Source of the DNA: an uncultured Candidatus Saccharibacteria bacterium
GTDB lineage: Bacteria > Patescibacteriota > Minisyncoccia > UBA6257 > 2-01-FULL-56-20
Assembly: GCA_964361095.1 (NCBI GenBank)
Contig: CAYHZA010000002.1
Coordinates: 49,594 to 113,593, forward strand
Direction of reading: 5' to 3'
Length of the DNA stretch: 64,000 nucleotides
The position numbers and the translations under genes are program-made. The notes beneath the pieces were generated by a model that had not been told where the DNA came from, made no database searches, and saw only the letters and a program-made list of their open reading frames with translations. Below, piece after piece: positions 47,870 through 57,868 of this stretch; position 1 is the first letter of the stretch; each line of letters starts with the position of its first letter.

Positions 47870-48127
47870 ATGAAAAGCGAAGCGAAGGAACCGACCACGC
47901 TTGCAGACCTTTTCTCGCGATGTATTTTGAAAAAGCTTTCTCCCGAAGAGGGCACGCGCCTTTTTCTTGAGGAAGTAGTCCTTCGATACAATGCCCACCC
48001 CGTAATTACAGAGGAGTCCCGACGGAGTGTTCTCAGGACGTTTCGAGAGGTTAGCCGCGGAGAAACTCCCATGATGTCGGGTGAGGATGAGGTTATTGTG
48101 GCGCTCAAGATGTCGCGCGGATGGTAA
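47870..48127 (+). CDS. Hypothetical protein
   Basis: GGAGG RBS; 85 aa. Confidence 0.5.
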   Translation: MKSEAKEPTTLADLFSRCILKKLSPEEGTRLFLEEVVLRYNAHPVITEESRRSVLRTFREVSRGETPMMSGEDEVIVALKMSRGW

Positions 48128-48230
48128 GCACCGGCTCCCCTAAAAAGGAGCCATTTTTTTGACAAAAATCCCTTTTGTAATTAGATTGTAAGCAGATCTT
48201 CCCTTTGGGGAAATATACATAAGGAAGGAG

Positions 48231-48509
48231 GTGAGATTGGTGATTCTCTCTGTGCTGATAAAGGATGTAAGAGTCGACCTTCCGGGGTTCTTTTCCCGGT
48301 TACGCGTCGGCGGCTACTTCAACCCCGAGGAGGCCGTTCAAGCATTAAAAACGGCGGCTCTCGGCGAAGGTATCGTCGTCGAAGAGGAAGCGGTACGCGA
48401 TCTGGTTGACCAGATAGTGACAGGAGAACTGAAGCTGTTCGATGATTTCAAGGAGCGGCTCCATGAGATCGAAAAACCTTCCCCATCGACCTCAAAAAAA
48501 AGAGCGTAA
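48231..48509 (+). CDS. Hypothetical protein
   Basis: AAGGAAGGAGG RBS; 92 aa. Confidence 0.5.
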   Translation: MRLVILSVLIKDVRVDLPGFFSRLRVGGYFNPEEAVQALKTAALGEGIVVEEEAVRDLVDQIVTGELKLFDDFKERLHEIEKPSPSTSKKRA

Positions 48510-48599
48510 CGTTTCATAAAAGACCCCTGCGCGTGGAGAATGCAGGGGTCTTATCTTATTTATAAAGACGCGCTAAAAAGTTTTATTACTATGGGGTTG

Positions 48600-48736
48600 A
48601 TCCCCACACCTACACGAGAGAGGCATTCCCCTAAAGCCAGAGTTCTATTTTTAAAACCATGTTTGGAGAAATTATCATATTCTACGGTTATACCACAGAA
48701 TGCGATTGTTCCCCACTCTCGTGTAGGTGTGGGGAT
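48600..48736. mobile_element. MITE-like element with 21-bp terminal inverted repeats
   Basis: ATCCCCACACCTACACGAGAG ... CTCTCGTGTAGGTGTGGGGAT around a 95-bp core. Confidence 0.6.
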
Positions 48737-48783
48737 TGACAGTCAAGAATGATTAGACCTATAGTAGTTTTAAAATCACGCAT

Positions 48784-49275
48784 ATGCAGGAATTTTTCTC
48801 GAGCTCGCTCGGTTTAACGTTGGACGTTGATCAGACCGTTTTGGAAATTATTCGGTTTATGGAGGCGGAACCGAAGCGAAAATATAAGGTAACGATCGGA
48901 ACCGATTCGGAACGTCTTCAGGATGGACGCGCCGATTTTGTGACGGCAATCGTCGTGCATCGCGTCGGAAACGGCGGCCGTTATTTTTGGAGGCGCCTTG
49001 AATTGGGAAAATTCCACACGCTTCGTGACCGCATTATAAAAGAAGTATTGATGTCGCTTGAAGTCGCGAAAAAAGTTCTCCTGCTTTTAGAGGAGAAGGT
49101 GCGCGCGGAGAGCGATCTCGAATGGGAATTTGAAGTGCATGCCGATATCGGAGAGAACGGAGAAACGAAGGTAATGATCCAAGAGGTGGTGGGCATGATT
49201 CGCGCCTATAACTTTGAGCCCAAGACAAAGCCCTCGAGTTATGCCGCTTCGAATGTCGCGGACCGCCACGTGTAA
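48784..49275 (+). CDS. YkuK/DUF458 RNase H-like protein
   Basis: IGTDS, VVHRVGNGG, EVHADIG, ASNVADRH. Confidence 0.88.
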   Translation: MQEFFSSSLGLTLDVDQTVLEIIRFMEAEPKRKYKVTIGTDSERLQDGRADFVTAIVVHRVGNGGRYFWRRLELGKFHTLRDRIIKEVLMSLEVAKKVLLLLEEKVRAESDLEWEFEVHADIGENGETKVMIQEVVGMIRAYNFEPKTKPSSYAASNVADRHV

Positions 49276-49278
49276 CCA

Positions 49279-49473
49279 ATGTATATAGACTTAATTCCAT
49301 TTTTTATTTTCGGACTTGTTGGCCTTGTTTTTACTGTTTTTCACAAAGCAATGGGATCTCTCAGTTATAAATTGCAGGAGAGTTATTATCGGACTGAAGA
49401 GATGCATCAACGATGGGCTTTAATAATTGGGGTCGTACTACTATTTGCGTCGATTCTTGCTTTTTTTCTTTGA
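49279..49473 (+). CDS. Small two-TM membrane protein
   Basis: 64 aa; tightly coupled to its neighbours. Confidence 0.55.
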   Translation: MYIDLIPFFIFGLVGLVFTVFHKAMGSLSYKLQESYYRTEEMHQRWALIIGVVLLFASILAFFL

Positions 49474-50060
49474 TGGACACCCTTGTATTCGACATTGAAA
49501 CGCAGAATTTTTTCACCGATCCCGATGTCGGGTGGAATAATTATGACGCCCTAAAAATTTCGGTCGTCGGCGTTTATTCATACGAGAAAGATCAATACTT
49601 AGCCTTCGACGAATTCGAAATGGAAGCGCTTGCCTCCCTTTTTCGAAACGCGAGCCAGCTTGTGGGATTTAGCATGAATCGATATGACATTCCCGTTCTC
49701 CACCGCTATTTTCAGGCGCTTCAAGACGTAAACGGTCTTGATCTATGGGGCAAGGAGCGCGTTGATCTTCTCTCGGAGATTGAAATGGCGACCGGAGATC
49801 GCATAAGCTTGGACAAGCTTGCGCTCGCGAATCTTGGAGTCGGGAAGACGGGTCACGGCTCGGAAGCGATTACGATGTATAAAAATGGAGAAATGGAAAA
49901 GTTAAAAAGTTATTGCTTGATGGATGTTGAGCTTACGAGAAAACTTTATGATCTCTATCGAGAAAACAAATCACTTTTGGTCCCCGATAAAAAAACAGGA
50001 GCGGTTGTAACGGTAAATTTTTCCAAAGGACAAGATGTTCAGAAACCGGCTCTATTTTGA
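49473..50060 (+). CDS. RNase H-like 3'-5' exonuclease domain protein (RNase_H_2/YprB-like)
   Basis: VFDIETQ, GFSMNRYDIP, SLDKLA, YCLMDVELT. Confidence 0.88.
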   Translation: MDTLVFDIETQNFFTDPDVGWNNYDALKISVVGVYSYEKDQYLAFDEFEMEALASLFRNASQLVGFSMNRYDIPVLHRYFQALQDVNGLDLWGKERVDLLSEIEMATGDRISLDKLALANLGVGKTGHGSEAITMYKNGEMEKLKSYCLMDVELTRKLYDLYRENKSLLVPDKKTGAVVTVNFSKGQDVQKPALF

Positions 50061-51216
50061 TTATGCCGCGGGAACTCCCGTAGCTCCGAGCGTTATGCGC
50101 GCGATGCGTCCTTATTTTTCGGGCGCTTTCGGAAACCCCGGTTCGCTTCATTCGTACGGGCAGGAAGCTCTTGCCGCTCTTGATCTGGCGCGGGAGAGAG
50201 TCGCGTCCGCGCTGGGGGCACAGTTTCGGGAGATTATTTTTACCGGTTCGGCGACCGAGGCGAACAATATTGCGCTCAGGGGCGCTTTGGGAAAATTTAC
50301 CGCGGAGCGGGGGCGAGCAATAATTCCGCGCATTATCGTTTCGGCGATCGAACACGAATCCGTTCTGGAGACCGCGAAAGAATTAAAACGTGACGGAGCG
50401 GATGTGGTAATTCTTCCCGTGTCCCAGAACGGCGTTCTCGACCCCCTAACCTTAAAAGAGTTTTTAAACGATCGAACCGCCCTTGTCTCGATCCAATACG
50501 CTAACAATGAGGTGGGCGTCGTTCAACCTATTGCCGAAATTGCCGAACGTATAAACGAGCAAAGAGGAGATCGTTCGCCGTTTCCGCTTTTTCATACCGA
50601 CGCCGCGCAAGCGTTTCAGTTTCTTAATTGTACGGCGGGTAGTCTTCGGGTTGATTTAATGACACTTTCCGCGCATAAGTTCTACGGCCCTAAGGGTGTC
50701 GGCGCGTTGTATGTGCGCGGTGAAGCTTCTCGTTCGGGATTTCCTTCTTTTATTACGGGAGGCGGGCAGGAGTTTATGTTGCGCTCCGGGACGGAAAACG
50801 TACCACTTATCGTGGGGTTCGGCGAAGCGGTTCGTCTTGTTTTGCGAAACAGAGAATCGGAATCAAAACGGATAGGGGAGCTCGCGGAGTATTTTAAAAA
50901 GAAGCTTGCCGTTATTGCCCAGGATGTTCGGTTCAATGCGAGCGAAGGAAATACGCCCAAGATCCCTAATATAATAAGCGTATATTTTCCCGGACGTTCG
51001 GTAAGTAGTGACCTCCTTCTGAAATTTGACCTTCGGGGACTTGCGGTTTCCGCGGGATCCGCGTGTCGGGCGCGATCCGCGGAGCCCTCTTATGTGCTTC
51101 AGGCGTTGGGATATCCGCGGGAACGCGTAGAGCGGAGTGTGCGTTTTAGCCTTGGGCGCCCAACCACAAAATCACAAATTGACAAAGCTCTCCGAATTAT
51201 TAAAATGTCGTTATAA
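50035..51216 (+). CDS. iscS: Cysteine desulfurase (class I, IscS/NifS)
   Basis: YFDYAAGTP, HTDAAQA, SAHKFYGPKG, SAGSAC. Confidence 0.93.
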   Translation: MFRNRLYFDYAAGTPVAPSVMRAMRPYFSGAFGNPGSLHSYGQEALAALDLARERVASALGAQFREIIFTGSATEANNIALRGALGKFTAERGRAIIPRIIVSAIEHESVLETAKELKRDGADVVILPVSQNGVLDPLTLKEFLNDRTALVSIQYANNEVGVVQPIAEIAERINEQRGDRSPFPLFHTDAAQAFQFLNCTAGSLRVDLMTLSAHKFYGPKGVGALYVRGEASRSGFPSFITGGGQEFMLRSGTENVPLIVGFGEAVRLVLRNRESESKRIGELAEYFKKKLAVIAQDVRFNASEGNTPKIPNIISVYFPGRSVSSDLLLKFDLRGLAVSAGSACRARSAEPSYVLQALGYPRERVERSVRFSLGRPTTKSQIDKALRIIKMSL

Positions 51217-51236
51217 AAGAAATATTTTAAAAACAA

Positions 51237-52502
51237 ATGCCTACACATCGTAAGTACGTTTTCTATATCATTTTGGGAATTATAATCGGCGGGATTATTA
51301 TCATCCCTCGTGTTACGCCTTTCGCGCGCGCGAATGTGTTTGGTGATTTTTTTAAGAATTTTACGAACCCCTTCGGAGGCAATAAGGCAACCACGACTTT
51401 TAACGGAGGAACTCAAAATCTTCCCGTGGCGCTCTATAAACCGGCACTTGAATATGAGCAGGCGGTGGTAACGGCGGTAAAGCGCGCCGCGCCGGCAGTC
51501 GTCTCCATTACAATCTCAAAGAATGTTCCCGTAATCGAGCGCTGTCCCTCAAATCCCTTCTCGGATCTTCCTCCCGAATTCCAAGATTTTTTTGGCGGTC
51601 AGTTTCCGGAATTTTACGCGCCTTGCGAGAAGGGAGCAAAATTTCAGGAGATAGGAAGCGGGAGCGGTTTTATTGTCTCTCCGAACGGAATGATTCTCAC
51701 GAATAAACACGTGGTAAGCGATAAGTCCGCTTCGTATACGGTATTTACGAATGATGGAAAGAAATATAGCGCGAGGGTACTAGCTCGGGATCCCGTACAG
51801 GACTTGGCAGTCTTAAAGATCGACGTGGTAGGCAGCCCTGCCGTTACGCTTGGCGATTCCGACGGATTGGAACTCGGACAAACCGCTATCGCGATCGGTA
51901 ACGCTCTCGGAGAATTTCGAAATACCGTTTCGGTAGGTGTTATCTCCGGTCTCGCGAGAGATGTGACTGCTTCGGGCGGAGGAACAACGGAAAATATTCG
52001 GGGCGTGATCCAGACGGACGCGGCTATTAACCCAGGTAATTCCGGAGGCCCTCTTTTGAATCTTCGCGGTGAGGTAATCGGTATCAATACCGCGGTTGTC
52101 TCGGGAGCGCAAAGCATCGGGTTTGCTATTCCCATCAACAAAGCGAAGCGCGACATTGAATCGGTGAGAACAAAGGGAGAAATCCAAGCGCCGTTTTTGG
52201 GCGTGCGGTATCTTACGCTTACTCCCGATCACGCGAAAAAACAGAAGGTGTCGATCGGTCATGGCGCGCTGGTTCGCGAGAGTGACGAAGGGGCCGCGGT
52301 AGAACCCGCATCGCCCGCGGCAAAAGCGGGGATTCAAGCCGAAGATATTATTATTGAAGTAAACGGAAAAAAAGTAGAAGAGGAAAATCCCTTAGGGAAA
52401 CTTATCGCCGATTTCAATGTTGGCCAAACCGTCGTTTTGAAAATTATTCGAAGCGGTAAGGAAATGACGGTGAGCGTAACATTAGGAAAGCGCCCCGAGT
52501 AG
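51237..52502 (+). CDS. htrA: HtrA/DegP serine protease with a PDZ domain
   Basis: GSGSGF, TNKHVV, IQTDAAINPGNSGGPL, PDZ domain. Confidence 0.95.
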   Translation: MPTHRKYVFYIILGIIIGGIIIIPRVTPFARANVFGDFFKNFTNPFGGNKATTTFNGGTQNLPVALYKPALEYEQAVVTAVKRAAPAVVSITISKNVPVIERCPSNPFSDLPPEFQDFFGGQFPEFYAPCEKGAKFQEIGSGSGFIVSPNGMILTNKHVVSDKSASYTVFTNDGKKYSARVLARDPVQDLAVLKIDVVGSPAVTLGDSDGLELGQTAIAIGNALGEFRNTVSVGVISGLARDVTASGGGTTENIRGVIQTDAAINPGNSGGPLLNLRGEVIGINTAVVSGAQSIGFAIPINKAKRDIESVRTKGEIQAPFLGVRYLTLTPDHAKKQKVSIGHGALVRESDEGAAVEPASPAAKAGIQAEDIIIEVNGKKVEEENPLGKLIADFNVGQTVVLKIIRSGKEMTVSVTLGKRPE

Positions 52503-52613
52503 TATATTGAGCGCGCGTGAATGATTTTTCTTATGCCCCCGATGATTCATCTCGGGGCTACCGAACAAGTTGACAGCCGTGATATACTCTCTATAGAGTA
52601 ACCTCAATAATCC

Positions 52614-55271
52614 ATGCCAAATAACTTTCATCGTTTCACTATTAAAGCCCAGGAAGCCCTTCAGAACGCCCAAGAACTTGCGGCGGAGCGAAGCCATGGC
52701 GAATTAAAGGCGCTTCATCTCCTTGCATCGCTCATCGAGGATTCTCAATCTTTGATTCAGCCGGTTCTCATGCGTTCGGGAGTGAGCTTGGAAAAACTTC
52801 ACGAACAACTTGAAGCCGAGCTTGATCGTTTGCCGAAGATCGTAACGAATTCCACGGTTGGCCAGCTCTATCTCTCGCAGGGATTGATGCACATTCTTGA
52901 CCAGGCGGCGAAGGTCGCTTCGCAACAAAAAGATGAATTTGTCTCGTGTGAGCATCTTCTTCTCGCGCTTCTCGAGGTGCCGTCTCCGGCGCAGACGATG
53001 CTCCAGCAATTCGGCCTTCGGCGCGAGGGCGCGTTTCGTATTCTCGCGCAACTTCGCGGTTCGGTGCGGATTACCGATGAGACGCCCGAATCAAAGTTCC
53101 AAGTGCTCGAAAAGTATGCGATTAACATGACCGAAAAAGCAAAAGCGGGCGAGCTCGATCCGGTGATTGGCCGCGAAGCGGAATTACGTAGGGTAATTCA
53201 GGTTCTTTCCCGCCGAACGAAGAATAATCCGGTTTTAATCGGCGAGTCGGGAGTGGGGAAAACTGCCATCGTTGAAGGGCTTGCCCAGAGGATCGTTTCC
53301 GGAGATGTTCCCGAGCCGCTTAAGGGGAAACAGATTATTATGCTCGACTTAGGATCTTTGATCGCGGGGACAAAATTCCGCGGTGAGTTTGAGGATCGTC
53401 TTAAGGCTTTCGTGAAAGAAATTAAAAGTTCGGCGGGCCAGCTCATCCTTTTTATAGACGAGATTCATATGATCGTTGGCGCGGGAGCCGCCGAAGGCGC
53501 CGTAGACGCTTCAAACCTTTTAAAACCAGCCTTATCGCGCGGGGAGTTGCATACGATCGGCGCGACGACGATTCGGGAGTACCAGCGTTACATAGAAAAA
53601 GATCCCGCTCTCGAGCGGCGCTTCCAGCCGATTATCGTTGATGAGCCTTCGATCGAAGATAGCATCTCCATTTTGCGCGGATTGAAGGAAAAATATGAGA
53701 TTCATCACGGGCTTCGCATTAGCGACGAGGCGATTATCGCGGCGGTAAATCTTTCCGCCCGTTATATTACCGACCGTTTTTTGCCCGACAAGGCCGTTGA
53801 TCTTATCGACGAAGCCGCCGCCGCCCGCCGCCTCGAGAGCGAAAGCTTGCCGACCGAGATCGACAAAGTGCGGAGGGACATCACCCGATTTGAGATAGAA
53901 AAGCAGGCGATTTCTAAAGAGAACGGCAAAGGCAAGCCACGATATAAGGAGATCGAAAAAGAGCTGAAGAAGTTAAAGCAGGTAAACGATGAGCTTTCCG
54001 CGCGTTGGCATACGGAGAAGATTACGTTTGAAAATTTACATCAACTGCGCCAAAAGATAGAAAATTTGAAACGAGAGGCGGAAACCGTCGAGCGCGAGGG
54101 AAATCTTGAGCGTGTCGCGGAAATCATGTATGGCCAATTGCCGCAAGCGCAGAAAGATTATGAAATTTTTGAGAAGAAGCATTTTGCGCCGGCAGGGGAA
54201 GCGAAGAAAGGAAAGAAAGTTCCGAAAGCCGAAGAAAAGTTCCTCAAGGAATCGGTAGATAAGGAAGACGTGGCATCCGTAGTAGCCATGTGGACGGGCA
54301 TTCCGCTTCAGCGGATGCTTGAGTCGGAAAGCGAAAAATTCGTGCACATCGAAGAAGTTCTACAAAATCGTGTCGTTGGTCAAGCGGAGGCGGTTAAGGG
54401 TGTCGCGAGCGCCTTGCGCCGCGCCCGCGCCGGATTGGCGGACGAAAACCGTCCTCTCGGGTCGTTTATGTTTCTTGGCCCTACGGGCGTGGGAAAGACG
54501 GAGCTCGCGAAGGCGCTCGCCGAGTTTATGTTTAACGACGAAAAGGCGCTGATACGCATCGATATGTCCGAATATATGGAGCGCCACGCTACCTCGCGCT
54601 TGGTCGGTTCGCCGCCCGGCTACGTCGGGCATGAAGAGGGCGGACAGCTTACGGAGAGCGTGCGGCACCGGCCATATAGCCTGATTCTCTTCGATGAGAT
54701 CGAAAAGGCGCATCCCGAAGTATTTAACTTGCTCCTGCAGATTTTGGATAATGGGCGCTTGACCGACAGCAAAGGAAAGGTAGTGAACTTCAAAAACTCG
54801 ATTATTATAATGACTTCGAATGTCGGAAGTCGTTACTTGCGCGCGATGTCGAGTCTCGGTTTCCGCGCTTCGGGAAAAGAATCGACAACGCGCGAAACAG
54901 GCGATTATCGCGAAAAAGTAATGACTTCGCTCCGCGAAAACTTCCGCCCCGAATTCTTGAATCGTATTGATGAAATTACGATCTTTAATCCGTTGCACGA
55001 ACAGGATATCGAGAAAATTGTTGATATTCAGATCGCGCTTATCGAAAAACGGCTTACGGAACACCGCATTAAGATTAGCGTTGAACCGGCGGCGCGGGAG
55101 CATTTGGCGCGGGAGGGTTTCGATCCGGAATTCGGCGCTCGGCCGTTGCGAAGGCTGATTCAAAAGGTAATCTTGGATGAACTTGCGGATAAAATTATTC
55201 GTGGTGAATTAAAAGACGGTGGCAAAGTTAAAGTTAATTTTAAGGCGAATTCCTTGGTCTTTACTAGCTAA
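52614..55271 (+). CDS. clpB: ClpB-type AAA+ chaperone
   Basis: Clp N domains, GESGVGKT and GPTGVGKT Walker A motifs, long coiled-coil middle domain, GARPLRR. Confidence 0.95.
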   Translation: MPNNFHRFTIKAQEALQNAQELAAERSHGELKALHLLASLIEDSQSLIQPVLMRSGVSLEKLHEQLEAELDRLPKIVTNSTVGQLYLSQGLMHILDQAAKVASQQKDEFVSCEHLLLALLEVPSPAQTMLQQFGLRREGAFRILAQLRGSVRITDETPESKFQVLEKYAINMTEKAKAGELDPVIGREAELRRVIQVLSRRTKNNPVLIGESGVGKTAIVEGLAQRIVSGDVPEPLKGKQIIMLDLGSLIAGTKFRGEFEDRLKAFVKEIKSSAGQLILFIDEIHMIVGAGAAEGAVDASNLLKPALSRGELHTIGATTIREYQRYIEKDPALERRFQPIIVDEPSIEDSISILRGLKEKYEIHHGLRISDEAIIAAVNLSARYITDRFLPDKAVDLIDEAAAARRLESESLPTEIDKVRRDITRFEIEKQAISKENGKGKPRYKEIEKELKKLKQVNDELSARWHTEKITFENLHQLRQKIENLKREAETVEREGNLERVAEIMYGQLPQAQKDYEIFEKKHFAPAGEAKKGKKVPKAEEKFLKESVDKEDVASVVAMWTGIPLQRMLESESEKFVHIEEVLQNRVVGQAEAVKGVASALRRARAGLADENRPLGSFMFLGPTGVGKTELAKALAEFMFNDEKALIRIDMSEYMERHATSRLVGSPPGYVGHEEGGQLTESVRHRPYSLILFDEIEKAHPEVFNLLLQILDNGRLTDSKGKVVNFKNSIIIMTSNVGSRYLRAMSSLGFRASGKESTTRETGDYREKVMTSLRENFRPEFLNRIDEITIFNPLHEQDIEKIVDIQIALIEKRLTEHRIKISVEPAAREHLAREGFDPEFGARPLRRLIQKVILDELADKIIRGELKDGGKVKVNFKANSLVFTS

Positions 55272-55923
55272 GGCGGCTCTCTTTGGGCTTGGCTGGCTAG
55301 TTTTGCCGTTTTGGATTTTTTTGATTCTGTCTTTCTATCTTTACTCCCGACCCTTATTCCAGCCGGCTCGTCTTATGGCGCCGTTTATGGCGCTCGTCGT
55401 CATCGCGGCGTTTGCCGAGCCGACCGTGGGGATGGCTCTTTTTTTCGCGATTGCGTTTTTCGTGATCGCCGGAATAAAAGATCTTTGGTTCATCAATCGG
55501 GCGGCGGCTTACAAGGTGCTTATCTTTCTCCTTTTTTTTCTTTCGTCCCTCCTTTTCTTTAGGGCGCACCGTGAATGGCATGGTCTTCAGGTATTCGCTT
55601 CCGCCCTTTCTTTGGGGGTTCTCTTTTTTGTTCTCGTCAAGAGTTTTCTTTCGTATGGAGGCGGGGACGGAGGGCGGCGGCGCGTTGTTTTGACGTTAGG
55701 GGTAATGTCTCTTATGCTCTGGCAGTTAGTAATCGTCCTTCTTTTTTTGCCGCTCAGCTTCCTGAGCCAGACCGCTCTTCTTTTTCTTACCTCTGCTGTT
55801 TTTGTGGAGTACGCAGAGGCATACTTCGGCGATCGCTTAAGTCGGGAAAAAATTTTGAGCCAAACCGTTATATTCGCGATACTTGCCCTCCTGATTTTTT
55901 TGACGGGAGAATGGCGTCTCTAA
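55219..55923 (+). CDS. Multi-TM hypothetical membrane protein
   Basis: About eight hydrophobic segments; start overlaps the end of clpB. Confidence 0.7.
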   Translation: MAKLKLILRRIPWSLLAKAALFGLGWLVLPFWIFLILSFYLYSRPLFQPARLMAPFMALVVIAAFAEPTVGMALFFAIAFFVIAGIKDLWFINRAAAYKVLIFLLFFLSSLLFFRAHREWHGLQVFASALSLGVLFFVLVKSFLSYGGGDGGRRRVVLTLGVMSLMLWQLVIVLLFLPLSFLSQTALLFLTSAVFVEYAEAYFGDRLSREKILSQTVIFAILALLIFLTGEWRL

Positions 55924-55938
55924 TATAATAAGCAACGC

Positions 55939-56739
55939 ATGGAGAATATAACAAAATTAGTACTACCGATGGCCGGCATGGGAAAGCGCTTACGGCCTCT
56001 TACGTTAAAGATGCCCAAGGCGTTGGTTCCTTTGGCGGGGCGTCCGCTCCTCAGCCACATTTTAGAGGAGGCGACCGAGAGCGGTATCAAAAAAGTTTTT
56101 TTTATTATCAGCCCCCAGCATGCGCCGCATTTTAGAGAATACATGAAGATTGCCGCTTCCCTGTTTCCCTCGCTCGATATTGCCACGCGTTTTCAGGAGC
56201 GCGCCTACGGAAATGGCCATGCGATCCTTGAAGCCGCGTCATATCTTCACGAACCGTTTGCTGTTCGTTATTGCGACGATGTTCTTCTCGACGATGAGCC
56301 GGTTTTAAAATCTCTGGTTAGCCGTTTCGCGCGTTATCGAGCGCCGATTATTACTCTGCTCCGTATTCCTCGCCGTGATATTTCGCGTTATGGCGTTGTA
56401 GCGGTAGAGAAATCTATTGGAGATTCGATTCATAAACTTAGGGGAATAATCGAAAAACCGAATGTTCTGGAGGCGGAGCGTAATAGAGAGAAGCTTTCTA
56501 ATCTCGCGGTAATGGGAGCGTATATTGTAACCCCAAAAATTATCGGTCATCTGAAGAATATCTCACCCTACGCGCCGGAGCTCGATGACGCGCTTACGCT
56601 CACCGCGGGGTTTCACGAAGAACTTATGGCGGGGGGCTCGGTGTATGGTTGGGAATTTTCGGGAAAGAGATTGGACTGTGGAACACTTGAGGGATTTCTT
56701 GAGGCGGAAGAGCACCTCACGCTTGGGGGTTCTCGGTAA
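55939..56739 (+). CDS. Sugar-phosphate nucleotidyltransferase (GalU-like)
   Basis: MAGMGKRLRPLT...PKAL, GNGHAIL, YGVV, IIEKP, LDCGT. Confidence 0.85.
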   Translation: MENITKLVLPMAGMGKRLRPLTLKMPKALVPLAGRPLLSHILEEATESGIKKVFFIISPQHAPHFREYMKIAASLFPSLDIATRFQERAYGNGHAILEAASYLHEPFAVRYCDDVLLDDEPVLKSLVSRFARYRAPIITLLRIPRRDISRYGVVAVEKSIGDSIHKLRGIIEKPNVLEAERNREKLSNLAVMGAYIVTPKIIGHLKNISPYAPELDDALTLTAGFHEELMAGGSVYGWEFSGKRLDCGTLEGFLEAEEHLTLGGSR

Positions 56740-56791
56740 AGAAGGGTCCGTTTGACATACCCGTCGTTCCCGTTATACTTCAGCTCGTCAT

Positions 56792-57478
56792 ATGGATGAG
56801 GTTCATTTTATCAATTTTTGCGTGAAAAAAGGGTTCGAGATAAGCTATGCCCTTTTTCGGGTGGCGGGAACTTTAAAGAAGAAGAGTTTTGAAGACGCCC
56901 TCGAAAGCCACGCCCTCGCCCTTTTAAGCTCTACGACGGGAGGGAACTATGAAGATGCCCAAAGGGAACTTCGGGTACTTGAAAATATGATCCACCTCGG
57001 CGCGGAGTTCAACTTGGTAAGCTTTGGGAATAGTGAGCTTATGTTAAGCGAGATGAGGGCATTGAATGCGGCAATTGCCGAATACGGCAATGCGGCAAAA
57101 TTGCCGGATTTAGATTTGAAACTTGAGGAGGTTTTTAAGAAAGAAGAGATAATGCAGCCTTTGTTTGAAGATAAGATTGACGAGAGAACAGAAGGACAAT
57201 CTTTGCATAGGAATGCGGCAATCGGACATGCGGCAGAAATGCGGCAATCGGCAATTCTTGAAAAAATAAGAGAAGTTGAAAAATGCCGACTAAAGGATAT
57301 ACAGGAGTTTTTGCCGCATATGAGCGAGAGAACGATACGGTATGATCTCCAAGGGTTGGTTGAGCGGGAGCTTATTGAACGGATTGGTCCCGGGGGCCCC
57401 GCTACCTTCTATAAGGTAAAGAGAGAAGAGGTGGCGGTGGAGCATTTGGGCCAAAACTCATTTGCGGCCGACTTGTAA
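56792..57478 (+). CDS. Protein with an N-terminal helical bundle, repeat-encoded linker and C-terminal DeoR-like winged HTH
   Basis: RQSAILEKI...LKDIQEFLPHMSERTIRYDLQGLVERELIERIG...TFY. Confidence 0.8.
   Translation: MDEVHFINFCVKKGFEISYALFRVAGTLKKKSFEDALESHALALLSSTTGGNYEDAQRELRVLENMIHLGAEFNLVSFGNSELMLSEMRALNAAIAEYGNAAKLPDLDLKLEEVFKKEEIMQPLFEDKIDERTEGQSLHRNAAIGHAAEMRQSAILEKIREVEKCRLKDIQEFLPHMSERTIRYDLQGLVERELIERIGPGGPATFYKVKREEVAVEHLGQNSFAADL
57065..57319. repeat. About ten intragenic AATGCGGCAA-type motifs on both strands
   Basis: Copies starting at 57065, 57075 (inverted), 57081, 57089, 57101 (inverted), 57212, 57227, 57238, 57248 (partial) and 57311 (inverted). Confidence 0.85.
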
Positions 57479-57868
57479 CTTTTCCCCTACAATCCCGTTT
57501 TCTTTAGTATATCTTGGCTAAGAGATGGTATGGGTTTTCCCCATGCTTTTTTGATTAGGCCATGATAGAATTGAACCAATAAGTTTACGTTCAGTGTTCC
57601 GCTTCGTCGGGACAAGTGAGGCTGGACGGGAAGTCGTGATGTGGGTTTTTTGCCCGCACTCCGTTCTCGCCTCGCTTCTCAAGCGAGTTTTTTAATTTAG
57701 ATATTAAAGTTATTCCTTTATTCCTTTCCGCTCTAATCCTCACTTAGATTAGCGGTGGGTCGAAAATAAGGGCAGTAACTTATTCCAGAAAAAAGCAAAA
57801 AGGTCGATGATCCTAATATATTTAGGTCGATAACAAAAAAATTAAGTCGAAATTAAAAGTAAATATAA

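Noticed and set aside
52500-52613. CIRCE or CtsR heat-shock operator before clpB
   Set aside because: No TTAGCACTC-N9-GAGTGCTAA or CtsR heptad repeat; only a GCCCC...GGGGC hairpin.
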